Assembly (NCBI RefSeq): GCF_009914755.1
Contig: NC_060926.1
Strand: one strand, 5' to 3'
Source: the human T2T-CHM13v2.0 reference genome, Homo sapiens
DNA length: 64,000 nucleotides
The position numbers were made by a program, and so were the translations under genes. How positions within the stretch are numbered: the first letter of the stretch is position 1; each line of letters starts with the position of its first letter. This document shows positions 15,581 to 31,384 of the stretch, piece by piece. Under the pieces are notes generated by a model. That model saw only the letters and a list, made by a program, of their open reading frames with translations. It did not search any database and was not told the origin of the DNA.

Positions 15581-15930
15581 GCTCCATTGCTGCTGGGTGG
15601 AGGTGGAGCTCAGCTTGCCCCTGGGCCCTCTTAACACCTCCCCGGCAGGGGAGGTGGAGCATCGCTGGCTTCACCAGTGATCGGCTTCACCGATCAGCAC
15701 CACTGCAACGTGGAGGGCTGTTTTCACTGGTGTTTGGCTGGAGTAGGAAAGGTATTGCCAAGAAAATTTCTGTTCTTAGGCCACCCTTTTCCCAGCCCTT
15801 TGGGTAGGGGTATTTCCTGGTGCCTGTTGGTCTGAGCCTGTTGGAGGCTCTGGCACTGCAAGGATGTCGAGGATGTGTGGGAGGCAAGAGCGAAGCCGGG
15901 GCTCATCACTGGGTCCATCCCGTGCCCTGA

Positions 15931-16321
<391 letters not shown>

Positions 16322-16955
16322 CCACACACTCATTTTAGGTGCTTGTTACAGCAGCCCCACTCTCTCAGTACCAAAATCTGTATTAGTTTGCTATTGCTAC
16401 ATGCCAGTTATCACAAACTTGGTGGCTTCAAACATCAGTGTACTACTTCACAGTTTCTGCAGGTGAGAAGTCCAGGCATGGAATGGCTGGATTCTCTGCT
16501 TGGGTCTCATTGGAGCTGCAGTTCTATCTGGGGCTCAGGGTCACCTTCCACGATCACTGGTTGTTGGCACAAGTCACCTACTTGGTGTTGTGGGACCGAG
16601 GTCCCCATGCTCTTGCCAGCTGTGAGCCAGGGACCACTCTCACCTCCTAGAGGGCACTCTCCAGTCCCCGCTATGTGGCCCTTCCACCTCAGCAGCAGGG
16701 AACCTCCCCCAAGTCAAGTACTTCTCATGCTTGGAATCTCTCTTACTTCCCCTTCTGCAACCAGCCAGAGAAGACTTACTGCTTTTAGGGGTTCATGTGA
16801 TTTGGTGAGGCCCAGTCAGATAACATCTTTATCTTAAGGCCAACTATGCCACATGTCAACCTAATCTCAGGAGTAAAATCCATCATCTTCCCAGCCCAGG
16901 GCTCATATAGGATGTGCACAGCAGAGGGCAGGAAAACTCGAGGGCCATGTTGGGG
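16322..16955 (-). mobile_element. MLT1 5' LTR (16379-16955) plus start of MLT1-int
   Basis: gttacagcagccccactctctcagtaccaaaatc|tgtattagtt is the canonical int/LTR junction. Confidence 0.8.
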
Positions 16956-16959
16956 GGTC

Positions 16960-17105
16960 GTGCACCTCTCTTCAACTGCATGTCCATGGACATCACATCG
17001 TTAGCTTGAAATCAACCACGTTGGGTCTTTTTCCACCAGAGAACTCAACAAATGCTCAAAGTTGGGGCTTCTCTCCCCAGGGCAGGTCTACCAACACACT
17101 AACTG
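16960..17105 (+). mobile_element. MER63 right part
   Basis: gtgcacctctcttcaac...tagcttgaaatc...taccaacacactaactg. Confidence 0.7.
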
Positions 17106-17796
17106 AATAAATATAATGGAAGATGTCAAGTCCTCAACACTGAACACTGCAAAGCATTGTTAGGAAAAATAAAGATGACCTAAATAAACAGACCAGCTGT
17201 ACCAGGTCCATGGGTGGGGAGGACTCAATGTTGTTGAAAGATCAGTTCTCCACAAACGATCGATAGATACAAGCCAATCTCAATCAAAATCCCATCCGTT
17301 ATGTGTGTGTGCGTGTGTATAAATTGTTATGTGATTCAAAAATTCATCTGGAAATGCAAAGACCTTTGATAGCTCTAACAATTTTGAAGTAGAAGAAAAA
17401 AGTGAAGGCTATGCACTATAAGATTTCAAGGTTTGCTCTAAAATCGCAGTAATAAAATCAGGGTAGTACTAACATAAGGATAGAGATAAAGACCAGTGGA
17501 ACAGAATTTTATAAATCCCAGAAACAGACCCACACATATACAGTCATTTCATTTATGACAAATGTGCTGCTGCAATTCAGTGGGGGGGAGAGTGAGCCTT
17601 TCAAGAAATGATGCTGGAGAAATTACATACTCATATGGGAAAAAAATAAACCTTGACCCCTCTCCTACCAAAATGAATTTGTGATAGATCATAAACTTTA
17701 ACATCAAAGGTGAAACATGAGAGTTCCTAGAGGAAAATTCAGGAGAATATCTTTATGAACTTAGGGTAGGCAAAGGTTTCTTAAATGAAACACACA

Positions 17797-19048
<1,252 letters not shown>

Positions 19049-19439
19049 AGACAAGCCACAGACTAGAAGACATTCGCAGTACATAAATCTAGCATGAGAC
19101 TTGTACCCAGAATATATAAAGAACTCCTACAAACTGATTAATTTTAAAAACAGTCAATCCCATGGGAAAAAAAATAGCAAAAGACTTATGCTTCATAAAA
19201 AAGGATATCTAGATGGCCAATGAGTACATGAAAAGGTGGCCAACATCATTATTCCTAAGAAAAATGAAAATTAAAATCGTCACAACATACCGCCATACCC
19301 CCAGTCAAGGTGAAGTTAAAGGAACTGACAATACCAAATTTTAGCAAACACATGGTGTAACTGAAACTCTTATATACTGCTGGCAGGAATTTCAATGAAG
19401 ATAAGCACGTATACCTTATGACCCAGCAATTCCACTTCA

Positions 19440-19773
<334 letters not shown>

Positions 19774-19825
19774 AGGCCCTTCATAGAGATTTTATTCATA
19801 AATGGGAGACAAGCCAATTATCCAC

Positions 19826-21328
19826 TGGGACAGAGCAGAAACCCCTCTTAGGGGCCTTCCAGGCCCCCAAAGCATGGAAATAACAAAAAACTCTTCAGTC
19901 CCTTCCAGGGAAATTCCAGGTACCTATCTAGGCTTGAGAAGTGAATGAACAACCTGAGAAGCAAGCAGGTAATCACAGCTTAAACGGTATCTACTCAAGT
20001 GAGCTAGAGTTACAAGGTGTTTGGTTCCCTATAGAAACTAAAGATAACATCTTGACATGTGTCTCTGAGTTGCTTTTTCAGAAACCCAGACCCCCACCAG
20101 ATGGAAAATGCCAACCACTGTCAGGCAAGTGGGAATGGGGGACTGAACTCCAACTGTTACCAGGAAGTGCAGGAATCCTCAGTTCTTTGTCTCACTCGGA
20201 GGAAGCACTCTGCCAAGTGACTGATTTACTGAAGGACACTAGAGAGCAGACAGTTATTTAAGGGGAAGTACACTGCAAAGATCAGGCAGAGTGGGCTGCT
20301 AAAGGGAGTGAGCCAGCAGCAGCTTGAGAGTTCTGCACTGGGTTTTTATGATGTTGGAGTCTTTTCTGAAGTTCCTGCCTCTGTCTTAAGTCTCTGCTGT
20401 TTTTCTTTGCCTAGTTTTCCTACTTCTGCCTTAAGTCTCCATCCTTTGCCTGCCTAGTTCTCACCCCAGGCTTGTGGGACCCTCCCTTACTATTAGTTGG
20501 TGCACATGCATGTGTCCCAGTGTTGGGTACGAATCCTATTTGACGGCTGCATCGCTCATTACTGCCACCCCAGGAAGGCTGTATAGTACTCAGATCTATA
20601 CTTACTGTATCTATGTTATCTCTTAGGAATTTCCTTCTCTGCCCTCTTCCCCTTATCAGCATGCATCTAGCTACATTCGGACACATTAACTGCAGAGTGA
20701 ATGATTAGTGGGCATCTTAATGGGCATGCCTTCCTGTATAGGTATTCCCCCTCCTCTCTACTTGTATCTATCATGCCTGTTTCAGGTGGTCCCTGAGGGG
20801 TGAGATTTTCCAGACCTCCCTTTTTTCAGGAGCTCTCCTCTCCTGTTCATGTCTGGCTATCTGCCTGCTCTAACATGACCACCAGTCTTTGTTCTAAATT
20901 TCTTCCAGAGGAGCCTGGAAAGAATCATTCTCATAGACCAAACTTTAACATTTCTTTCTGCTGACCTCAAGTTTTAGATAAAGCCTCACTTCCTTAACCA
21001 ATTGCAAATTAAAGAATCTCTGAATCCACCTATGACCTGCAAGCCTCCGCTTCAAGATAGCTTGCCTTTTGGGGCCAAACAAATGTATGGCCTCCATGTG
21101 TTGACTTATGACTTTGCCTGTAACCTCTCTCTCCCTGCCTTTAAAAACCCTTACATGTAAGCCTTCTGGAAGCTCAGGTCTTAAGCGTTAGCTACCCAAC
21201 TCTCTTTGCTTGTCACCCTAAAGTAAATACCTTTCTTTCTCTCACTGCAAATCTCAGTGTCAATGTTTGGCTTGCTGCACCAGGCAAGTGGACCCAAGTT
21301 CAGTTTAACTGCAGAGTGAATGATTACA
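19826..21328 (+). mobile_element. MER39-like solo LTR with a nested LTR
   Basis: aagcatggaaat...gggaaattccagg...cagaaacccagacccccacc; homologous to 29432-30184. Confidence 0.7.
20155..20875 (-). mobile_element. ERV1 solo LTR (MER50-like)
   Basis: TG...CA ends; catgtctggctatctgcctgctctaaca terminus. Confidence 0.6.
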
Positions 21329-21596
21329 CCATCAACAGTAGATGGGGCCAGGTGCAGTGGCTCACGCCTGTAATTTCAGCAATTTGGGAGGCCGAGGACC
21401 TCAAGTAGGCAGATCACTTGAGGTCAGGAGTCCAAGACCAGCCTGACCAACATGGCGAAACCCCACCTCTACTAAAAATGCAAAAAAATATTAGCCGGGC
21501 TTGGTGGTGCATGTCTGTAATCCCAGCTACTCTGAGGCACAAGAATTGCTTGAACCCGGGAGGCAGAGGTTGCAGTGAGCCAAGATCACGCCACTG

Positions 21597-22536
21597 TGTG
21601 GCAGGCCAGGTGTCACTAACGCAGGCCTCCATAATAACTGTTTCAGTACTGAGTGGTTAAGTTAAATATTAAAAGCCAGTGCTCCAGGAACAGAAAACCA
21701 AACATGGCATGTTCTCACTCATAAGTGGGAGTTGAACAGCGGGAACACGTGGACACAGGGAGGGGAACATCACACACTGGGGCCTGTCGCGGGGAGGGAG
21801 CCAAGGGGAGGGATAGCATTAGGACAAATACCTAATACATGCGGAGCTTAAAACCTAGATGACAGGTTGATGGGTGCAGCAAACCGCCGTGGCACATGTA
21901 TACCTATGTAATAAACGTGCACGTTCTACACATGTATCCTACAACTTAAAGTATAATAAATAAATAAAGCCAGTGCTCTTACACAAAGGCTGTGATGTAA
22001 CAAAAGCCCATCAAGAGTTTGCCTAGGCCTTTCCTGGGCCCTAAAGCATAACAAAATAATAGAGGAATTCTTAATAGAACCCATTTAGGATTAAACAAGT
22101 TTTACTGTGGGTCTGAAGAAACTCCCCAGGCCTCCACAAACAAGTTTATTGAGGGTCTGAAGGAACTCCCCAAACCTCTGTGATTTAGCAGGAGACAAGA
22201 TAAGGGTAATCACCCCAGCACCTGGACCCATTGAGATTAAGTAAATTTACTGAGGCTCCAGAGGAAGGTCTTCAGGACTCAGACCTTAGTTGTGGATTAA
22301 AAGAAGTTAATCACTTATGTCTTTAGGTGAATGCACACTTACACATAGACATATAACTTAAAAGGTATATATAAGCTCTGGAAAACTATAATTTTGAGTT
22401 GGTCTGGCGATAATTTCCAAGTCTTCTCCCTGTAACTGGTTGCAGAAATATAAATTCTCTTCCTCCCCAGTTTATCTGCACCTTGTTATTGGGCCACAAG
22501 AAATAGCAGCCTGACCCTCAGTTTGATCCAGGAACA
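21597..22536 (+). mobile_element. PABL_A-like ERV1 solo LTR
   Basis: tgtggcaggccaggtgtcactaacgcaggcctccata...ccaggaaca; about 650 bp without the L1 insert; TSD actg/attg. Confidence 0.65.
21685..21965 (+). mobile_element. L1PA 3' end
   Basis: gttctcactcataagtgggagttgaac...acttaaagtataataa; TSD aaagccagtgctc. Confidence 0.9.
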
Positions 22537-22982
22537 ATTGCACTCCAGCCTGGGCAACAGAGCAAATCTCTATCTCAAAAAAAAAGAAAAAAGAAAGAAA
22601 CGGTAGATGGGATATATAATTTATGGCATATTCATACAATGGAATAACATAGCAATGAACAAAAATGAACTACACGCATGCAATAATATGGATAAATTGC
22701 TCAGTTATAATGATGAGCAAAAACAAACACAAAATAACATACACAGTAAATTCCATTCATATGAAATTTAAGAGGAGGCAAACTAATCCTCCTACATATA
22801 TCAAATACATTTTGGGAATAATTAGGGAAATGTGGGTAAGTACTGGATGTTTGACAATATTAGACATTTGTTCATTTTCTTAGGTGTGACAATGGTATTG
22901 TTATCACTCATATTGTTATCACTCATATGAAATGATTAAGAGCAACATGTCATGATAGCTGCAACTACTTTTAAACTCTTGT

Positions 22983-22984
<2 letters not shown>

Positions 22985-23014
<30 letters not shown>
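22985..23014. repeat. (TG)n microsatellite
   Basis: Directly visible. Confidence 0.95.
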
Positions 23015-23018
<4 letters not shown>

Positions 23019-24552
23019 TTCTGTTTTGGAAAAAAATGAGAATGAACTACATTCTCATAAAGTGCAAGGTAAACACTTTATTTTCAAACATATTTATGCA
23101 CTTCTCATAAAGTGCAAGGTAAATACTTTATTTTCAAACATATTTTTAACCAGAGCATAGAGGAAAAGATTGATATGTTTGCCTATATTAAGATTCAGAA
23201 TTTGTTTCATCAAAAAAGATCACTAAGAGTGAGCAAGGATAAGCCACAGAACAGGAGAAGACATCTGTTTCCTTTATAATAATTCATTAGGTTGTGTATT
23301 TAGATCTTTCATACACTTCCCTATATGTGTTTATATTCCACAATAGCAAATAAAAAGGTTAAAAAAGAAATTGGGCTATAAAGGACCAGCTGGATCTTAC
23401 TTAGCCAGGAATGGTTCTAAGGGATGTTTTTATCATGCTTGTTAAATAGGTCATTTAGCTGCAAGGAATTTAACATTGTTGCCTGCAGAAACCATTAAAA
23501 AACAAACAAACAAACAAACAATAAAACTAACAAGCAATATTCTCCAAAGTGCTGGGGAAGAAGAGCCCAAGGCTGAGAAGAGGTGGGGGCAGCAGCTGGG
23601 GAGCCCCTCCTGGAAAATATGAAACATCATGAAGCCAATTAATTTTCCCTGATTGGCATGAAAATTAATTTGCCTAGAATTATTCATGCTGGAGGGTTCT
23701 AATTATTCATATCCATCAAGAGGCAAATTGAGTTTTACACAGAGCGAACAAGAGGGACGCCAGAGGGAAGTGATGGGGTGTGGTGGGTAGGCCTGGGTTG
23801 GCAGGCAACCTGGGATCCAGGTAGTCCTGAGACACAGGAATTCTGGAATACAGCTTGGGCAGGGGTGTCTCGGGGCCTGTTGCCTCCTATCTGAAGTGGT
23901 TCTCCTCTGGGGAGAGTCACTGAGCCACAGGAGAAGCAGCACAGACATGTGCTACTGTGTGCAAGCTGCATCACAGGATGCACCTGATGCCAGGAATGAG
24001 CAATGCCCAATGCTGGGAACCCAGAGACGCTGTCAGCTGGGGCTGGTGCCCATGCTGGGGAGAGTCACATAACAAAATAAGAGGATGTGCTCAGTGAGCA
24101 TCCTTGCCTGCGATGGGTGTTCAGGACATGTTTGATGATTCACTGCTGCATTATTAATCCTTTGGCGGACCACTGAAAAAAGTCACCCTCTACATGAATA
24201 ATAAAATTAATTACACTACACAAGAAATATTTGTTACCCAAATATTAGCTGGGTCAAGCCTGTGTTAGGTACTAGGGATGCAGAGGAGAAAAGTTAGTCT
24301 TTATCTTCTCAGGGAGCTCGCTGTTGGGTCCTAAGACCACAACAGATCTTTAGAGTGGCTGAGATGTTTGTAAGGAGGGAGGGAAGATGTGCAAGACCTC
24401 TGCCATTGAAAACCACAAAGCATTGTTGAGGAAAAATGAAGAAGACCTAAATCAATAAAAATGCAAAGGACTCAGATAAACCATGGCACTTTTTTCAAAA
24501 GAAAAAGGTGAATTGACTTGCTCTACAGCTATCGCAACATTATAAAATGATG

Positions 24553-25099
<547 letters not shown>

Positions 25100-25100
<1 letters not shown>

Positions 25101-25415
25101 TATATAATTTTCCACAGTCCAGTTCTGGAGGCCAAAAGTCTGAAATCAAGGTGACAGCAGGGCCATGCTCCCTCCAAAGGCTCTAGGAAAAGATCCTTCC
25201 TTGCCTCTTCCAGCTGGTTGCCAGCAACCCTTGGCATTCCTTGGCAGGCAGTCGCATCACTCCAATTCTGCCTCTAACATGATATGGCCTTCTTTCCTGA
25301 GTCTCTATATCCACATTTCTGTCTTTTTATAAGGACACCAGCCATTGGATTAGGGCCTATGCTAATCCAGTATGATCTCATCTCAACATGACTCCACAGT
25401 CATCTGCAAGACTCC
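25100..25415 (-). mobile_element. MLT1C-like LTR fragment
   Basis: cagttctggaggcc...ttataaggacaccagccattggattagggcc. Confidence 0.75.
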
Positions 25416-25416
25416 A

Positions 25417-25995
<579 letters not shown>

Positions 25996-26089
25996 CAAAT
26001 ATAAAAATGCTAAATATTAAAAAAATTCAGACATAAATGTTATAAACATTCAAATTCAGATTCATACACACCAGATGTATATAAATATG

Positions 26090-27560
26090 ACAAAGGAGAA
26101 AAATAGCAAAATCTCAGTAAATATATAAAAATCCTTTAATAAAATTCAACACTCATTATTTAAGAAAAAATTTTTTTCTTAAAAAAATCTTAGAAAGCTA
26201 GAAATAAAAAGAAACTTCCTTAATATGGTAAAGTGCATCTGTCAAAACCCTACAGCAGCAAATGTCCATAACAGCACAACATGAGAAGCATCCCCCTCCA
26301 GAGCCCGGAGCAAGACAGACTCCTGCTAGCTCATCCGCGCTCTCAATGCCATCATCACTTCCGGTTAACTTTGTCCTGGAGCTCCTAGCTATGAAAATAG
26401 TGTAAGAAAAACAAGTGTGAGAATTAAGAAGAAAGTTTTTAAAAACCACTATTTGCAGATGATGTTTGCAGATGTCTCAGATCTCCGGAAATAATAGAGG
26501 CACTAATGAGTGAGCTCAGCAGGTTGCTGCTCAAGCCCATCCAACAGCACCAGCCAATCAGAAGATTAAATTCTATAAGAGACAGACTTTACAATGACAA
26601 CAAAACAAGCAGGTACTGGGAGTAAAGGTAACAAAATATGTGCAAGGTCTTTACAGGTTAAAAACATTGAGTTTCAAAAAAAGAAAAAGAAAGCTTAAAT
26701 AAATGGAAAACTAAAAGATGTTCACGTGTGGGATGACTTAATATCATAAAGATGGCAATTCTCCTCCAAATCAGTCTATCAATTCTAGATAGCAGTTCCA
26801 ACCCAAATCCCAAATGATTATAGATGGAAACTATTATGTCATTTACTTAATTATCACATTGTCCCCCAGTTGTTTTTCATTGTGCAAGTTGTAAGCTTCT
26901 GATCTGTTTTCCTTTCCTTCCTCTGGTGCTAACTAAAGGAGTTCTAGTATTCAGTCTTAGAATGATAGGCCCTTATAAAATGCTGGTGAAAGAAATCTCA
27001 ACAAAATAAGAAGGAAGTTTTGCCCCTTTCCCTCCAGGTGCAGGAAAGTATCATTAAATATCCTTACTTTTCCTTATTTGTCACAAAATAATATTGAAAG
27101 ATTCCTAAACTTCAGAAATTATCACTATGGCCTATGAAAATAACTTTTAAGTCCTAAAGTGTATGTAATTCTGATCACTTTTCTTCCTTAGTAGTTTTCT
27201 TGCCCTTTAATAATATTTAAATTGATACCCTTGTTTTCTAAAAGATATAAATATTTATGATTTTTTATTAGGGCAGATGACTGTTTCTATTTTCCTTTTC
27301 TCTTGTCTGCATGGAGTTTTTAAAAAATAAAACCTATAACTATGGAATGTCTCATCCACACAAAGAAAATGAAAGTTTTTCCTCAGTTAAATTAATAGAG
27401 TTAATCATGGAATTTGACAAACTAAACCTAACATTCATATGGAAAAGCAAAGGAACAACATAGCCAAGCCAAGATTAAATGAGAAAGCTAAAGGTTGGCC
27501 TCTGCCTATCATACATGAGAACGCCATAAACTACACAAATTATGATAGCGCGACCTCTGC
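26090..27560 (+). mobile_element. Old L1 ORF2 fragments
   Basis: aaaattcaacactcatt, aagatggcaattctcc, ggaatttgacaaacta...ttcatatggaaa. Confidence 0.65.
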
Positions 27561-27788
27561 CCAGCATTGACAGGCTAGAAGCAGACCTGGCTGTGTCTGC
27601 TCAGATGCTCCATTCCCTGACCTCCCCTTTAAACAATGTCTTCCTGCCTGGACTTTGCATCTCCTCACCTGGCTTTAATTTTGTCATGCCACATCAGCAC
27701 CTTACATTAAGTACTTACATGGTCATGTAGTTTGTTTACTATCTTTCCCACTGAATATAGGAGCAGTACCTGAGATTAAAAAGGGATA

Positions 27789-28153
27789 TGTCATAGACTG
27801 AACTGTGTCCCTGAAAATTCATATGCTGAAGTCCTAACCCCAGTACCTCAGAGTGTGCCTGCATTCAGAGACAGGTCTTTAAAGAGATAATTAAGTTCAA
27901 ATGAGGTCATATGGGTGGGCCCTAATGCAAGATGACTGATGGCCTCATAAGAGGAGATTAGGACAGAGACACACACAGAGGGACGGACGGCCATGTGAGA
28001 CACAGGGAGAAGACAGCCATCTGCAGGCCAAGGAGAGAGCTCTCCGGAGAAACCAAACTGCCGACACATTGATCTCGGACTTCCAGCTTCCAAGACTTCG
28101 AGAAAATAAATTCCTGTTGTCTAAGCCACCCAGTCTGTGGTACATTGCTATGG
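27789..28153 (+). mobile_element. MLT1A-type LTR
   Basis: aaattcatatgctgaagtcctaacccc...aataaattcctgttgtctaagccacccagtctgtggta. Confidence 0.85.
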
Positions 28154-28154
28154 C

Positions 28155-31100
28155 CACCCAGCAGACTACTATAGGACATCTCATAATAATAAGAGAGTCA
28201 ATTCATTAAGACAATATCACAATCTTTAAAGTGTCTGTACCTAATAACAGAGTATCAAATAAATGACACAAAAACTGATAGAATAAGTGGAGAAATAGAA
28301 AAATCCACAATCACAGTGGTAAAATCTTTTTTGAGACAGAGTCTCACTCTGTTGCCCAGGATGGAGTGCAGTGGCATGGTCTCAGCTCACTGCAACCTCC
28401 GCCTCCCGGGTTCAAGCAATTTCCAGCTAATTTTTGTATTTTTAGTAGAGACAAAGTTTCACCATGTTGGCCTGGTTGGTCTCAAACTCCTGACCTCAAG
28501 TGATCCGTCCACCTTGGCCTCCCAAAGTGCTAGGATTACAGTCGTGAGCCACTGCGCCCAGCTCCTAGTTGTAAATTTTAACATTCTTCTCTCCATAATT
28601 GATTGAGCTACTCACAAAGTATCAGCAAGCATATAGATGATTTAAACAACACTTTAACCAACTTAACGCAGTTTCTCAACCTTGGCACCACTGGCACTTG
28701 GGGCTGCGAAATTTTTTGTTGTGGGGGCTGCACTGTGCATGGTAGGATGTTTAGCAGCATCCTTGGCCTCTACTCACAAGAGGCCAGTAGCTCCCTCCCC
28801 TCAGGGGTGACAAAAAAGTATCACTAGACATCACCAAGTGTTTCCTGATGGAAGAAAATCACCCCCGGTTGAGAAGTGATGGCCTGTTTGACTTTGTAGA
28901 GCACTGAAACCAATACCCTGCCTTTTCAAGTGTATGTAGAACTTTCACCAAAACAGAGAGTATGGCTCAAGAGATTCCCAAAGATTGAAATCACACAAAA
29001 TATATTCTCTGACCAAAAAGGAATTTAATTAGAATACTTTTTGTAATTTTGGAAAATCTCTAAATAAATAGATTAAATGTTAATAAAATACAAAATATCA
29101 GTATCTGTAGAATACAGCTCAAGCTGTAATCATCCCAGGAAAAAAAAGGTTTAACATTAATCACCTATGATTTCACATTTAAAAACTAAAAAAGAAGTGC
29201 AAATTAAACCCAAAATAAGTAGACAAAAGAAAGTTGCAAATATAAAAGTGAAATCAATAGAAAATAAATAACCAACAGAGAAAATAAATGAAACCAAAAG
29301 TTGGTTCTTTGGGAAGGTTAAGAAAATCGATAAACTTCTAGCTGGACTAAGAAAGACAGAGAAGAGAAAAACACAAAGTACCAGCATCAGGGATGGAAGA
29401 GCAGACACCACTACAAATGCTATAGACACAATGGGATGGAGTAGGGACCCCTCCTCCTGGCCTGCTGGGCCTCCCCTCCCACTCTGCCAAGCATGGAAAT
29501 GAAGGAAAATCTTTAGTTTCTTCAAGGGAAATTCCAGACACCTAGCTGGCCTTGAGAAGTAAATGAGCGACCTGATAGCTTAAAACAATAGCCAAGGAAG
29601 TTAGAGTCACAAGATGTTTGGTTCCTATGGAAACTTATCTTAACATATGTTCCTGAGTTGTTTTCAAAAACCCAGACCCCCACCAACTGAAAAATGCCAT
29701 CTGCTGGAGCTTAGATCTAACATAAGGGGGAACTGACCACCATTCTTTGTTTCAAATTTCTTCCCGAGAGGCCTGGAGAGGGTCACGTCCACAGGCCGGA
29801 GCTCAACATTCCTTTCTGTGGACTTCAAGTTTTAGACAAAGTTTTGCTTCCTTGACCAATTGAAAATAAGAGAATCTCTGAATCTACCTATGACCTATAG
29901 GCCCCCACCGCCTGCCTTCAAGATATCCTGCCTTTTTAGGCCAAACTTCCATGTATTGACTTACTATTTTGCCTGTAACTTTTGCCTTCCTGAAATGTAC
30001 CCCTGCCTTTAAAGGCCCTTGCTTGTAAGCCACCAGGGAGGTCGGGTCTTAAACATGAGCTGCCCGATTTTTCTTGCTTGCTGCCCTGCAAATAAACACC
30101 CTCCTTTCTCTCCCTGCAAAACCCTGGTGTGGACGTCGGCCTTTACTGAGCTGGGGAAGAAGACCTAGGTTTGATTCAGTAATAATAGGAAGGATAATAA
30201 AGAAATACCATGATAAACTCCATGCCAATAAATTCAACAACTTAGATTAAATGGAGAAGTCCTTGAAAGACAGAAATCACCACATGACTGACCTAGAAGA
30301 AAAAGAAAATCTGAAAAGCCTTTCATCTGTCTGTTTTTTAATGACATAACTTAAAACCTTCCCAAAAAGAAAACTCCAGGCCCAGATGGTTTTCCTGATG
30401 AATTCTATAAAATCTTACACAAACTATTTCAGCAAACAGAAGAGAAAGAAACACTTTCCAACTCATTTCATAAAGCCACCACAACCCACCGATATACTTT
30501 AAAAACCATGACCAAGTGGAGTTAATCCCAGGAATATAAATTTGGCTTAACATTCATATCAAAAACTAATCACCACATCAATGCCATCAACATCCAAAAT
30601 TTAATCAACACATTAACACAAAAGATGAGAAAATCACGATTATATCAATTGATGCAGAGAAAACATTTGACAAAATACAACCATTTGTGTTTTTTTTGTT
30701 TGTTTTTTTTTTTTGAGACAGAGTCTCGCTCTGTCACCCAGGCTGGAGGGCAGTGGCGCGGTTTTGGCTCACTGCAAGCTCGCCTCCCGGGTTCACGCCA
30801 TTCTCCTGCCTCAGCCTCCCGAGCAGCTGGGACTACGGGCGCCTGCCACCACACCCGGCTAATTTTTTGTATTTTTAGTAGAGATGGGGTCTCACCATGT
30901 TAGCCAGGATGGTCTCGATCTCCTGATCTCATGATCCGGCCGCCTCGGCCTCCCAAAGTGCTGGGATTACAGACGTGAGCCACCATGCCCAGCCTGTGAT
31001 TTTTTTTTTAATTGGAGTAGGAATGAATGTCCTCAACCTGATAAAGGGCATCTACAAATATATATGGTTAACATCCTACTTACTGGTGAAAGACTGAATG

Positions 31101-31360
31101 CTTTCCCCTGAGATCAAGAGCAAGGCAAGGGTGTCCACCTGCCATTTCATTTCAGCACAGTAATGGAGATCTTCCCCAGCCCAACAGGCAGGGAAAAATT
31201 AGTAAAGGTCATAACGACTGGAAAGAAATAAAACTGCCGTTTTCACAGAAGATATAACTGTGCACATGGAAAATCTCAAAAAGCCTACAAAAAACTGTAA
31301 GGACTAATAACTAAATTTACCAAAGTTGCAGGATACAAGGTCAATTAAGAAAACTCTGTT
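28155..31360 (+). mobile_element. Old L1 ORF2 fragments with an Alu (28327-28562, -), MER20 (about 28670-28880) and an AluY (30688-30994, -)
   Basis: aatgaaaccaaaagttggttctttg, ccaggcccagatggttt; cagtttctcaaccttggcac is MER20. Confidence 0.75.
29432..30184 (+). mobile_element. MER39-like solo LTR
   Basis: Homologous to 19826-21328; caaataaacaccctcc poly-A signal region. Confidence 0.7.
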
Positions 31361-31384
31361 TTTTCCTTTTCCTGGAGGACTCAT

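Larger units (their letters stand above)
21346..22600 (+). mobile_element. AluS split by an LTR (Alu parts 21346-21596 and 22537-22600)
   Basis: gatcacgccactg resumes as attgcactccagcctggg. Confidence 0.9.
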
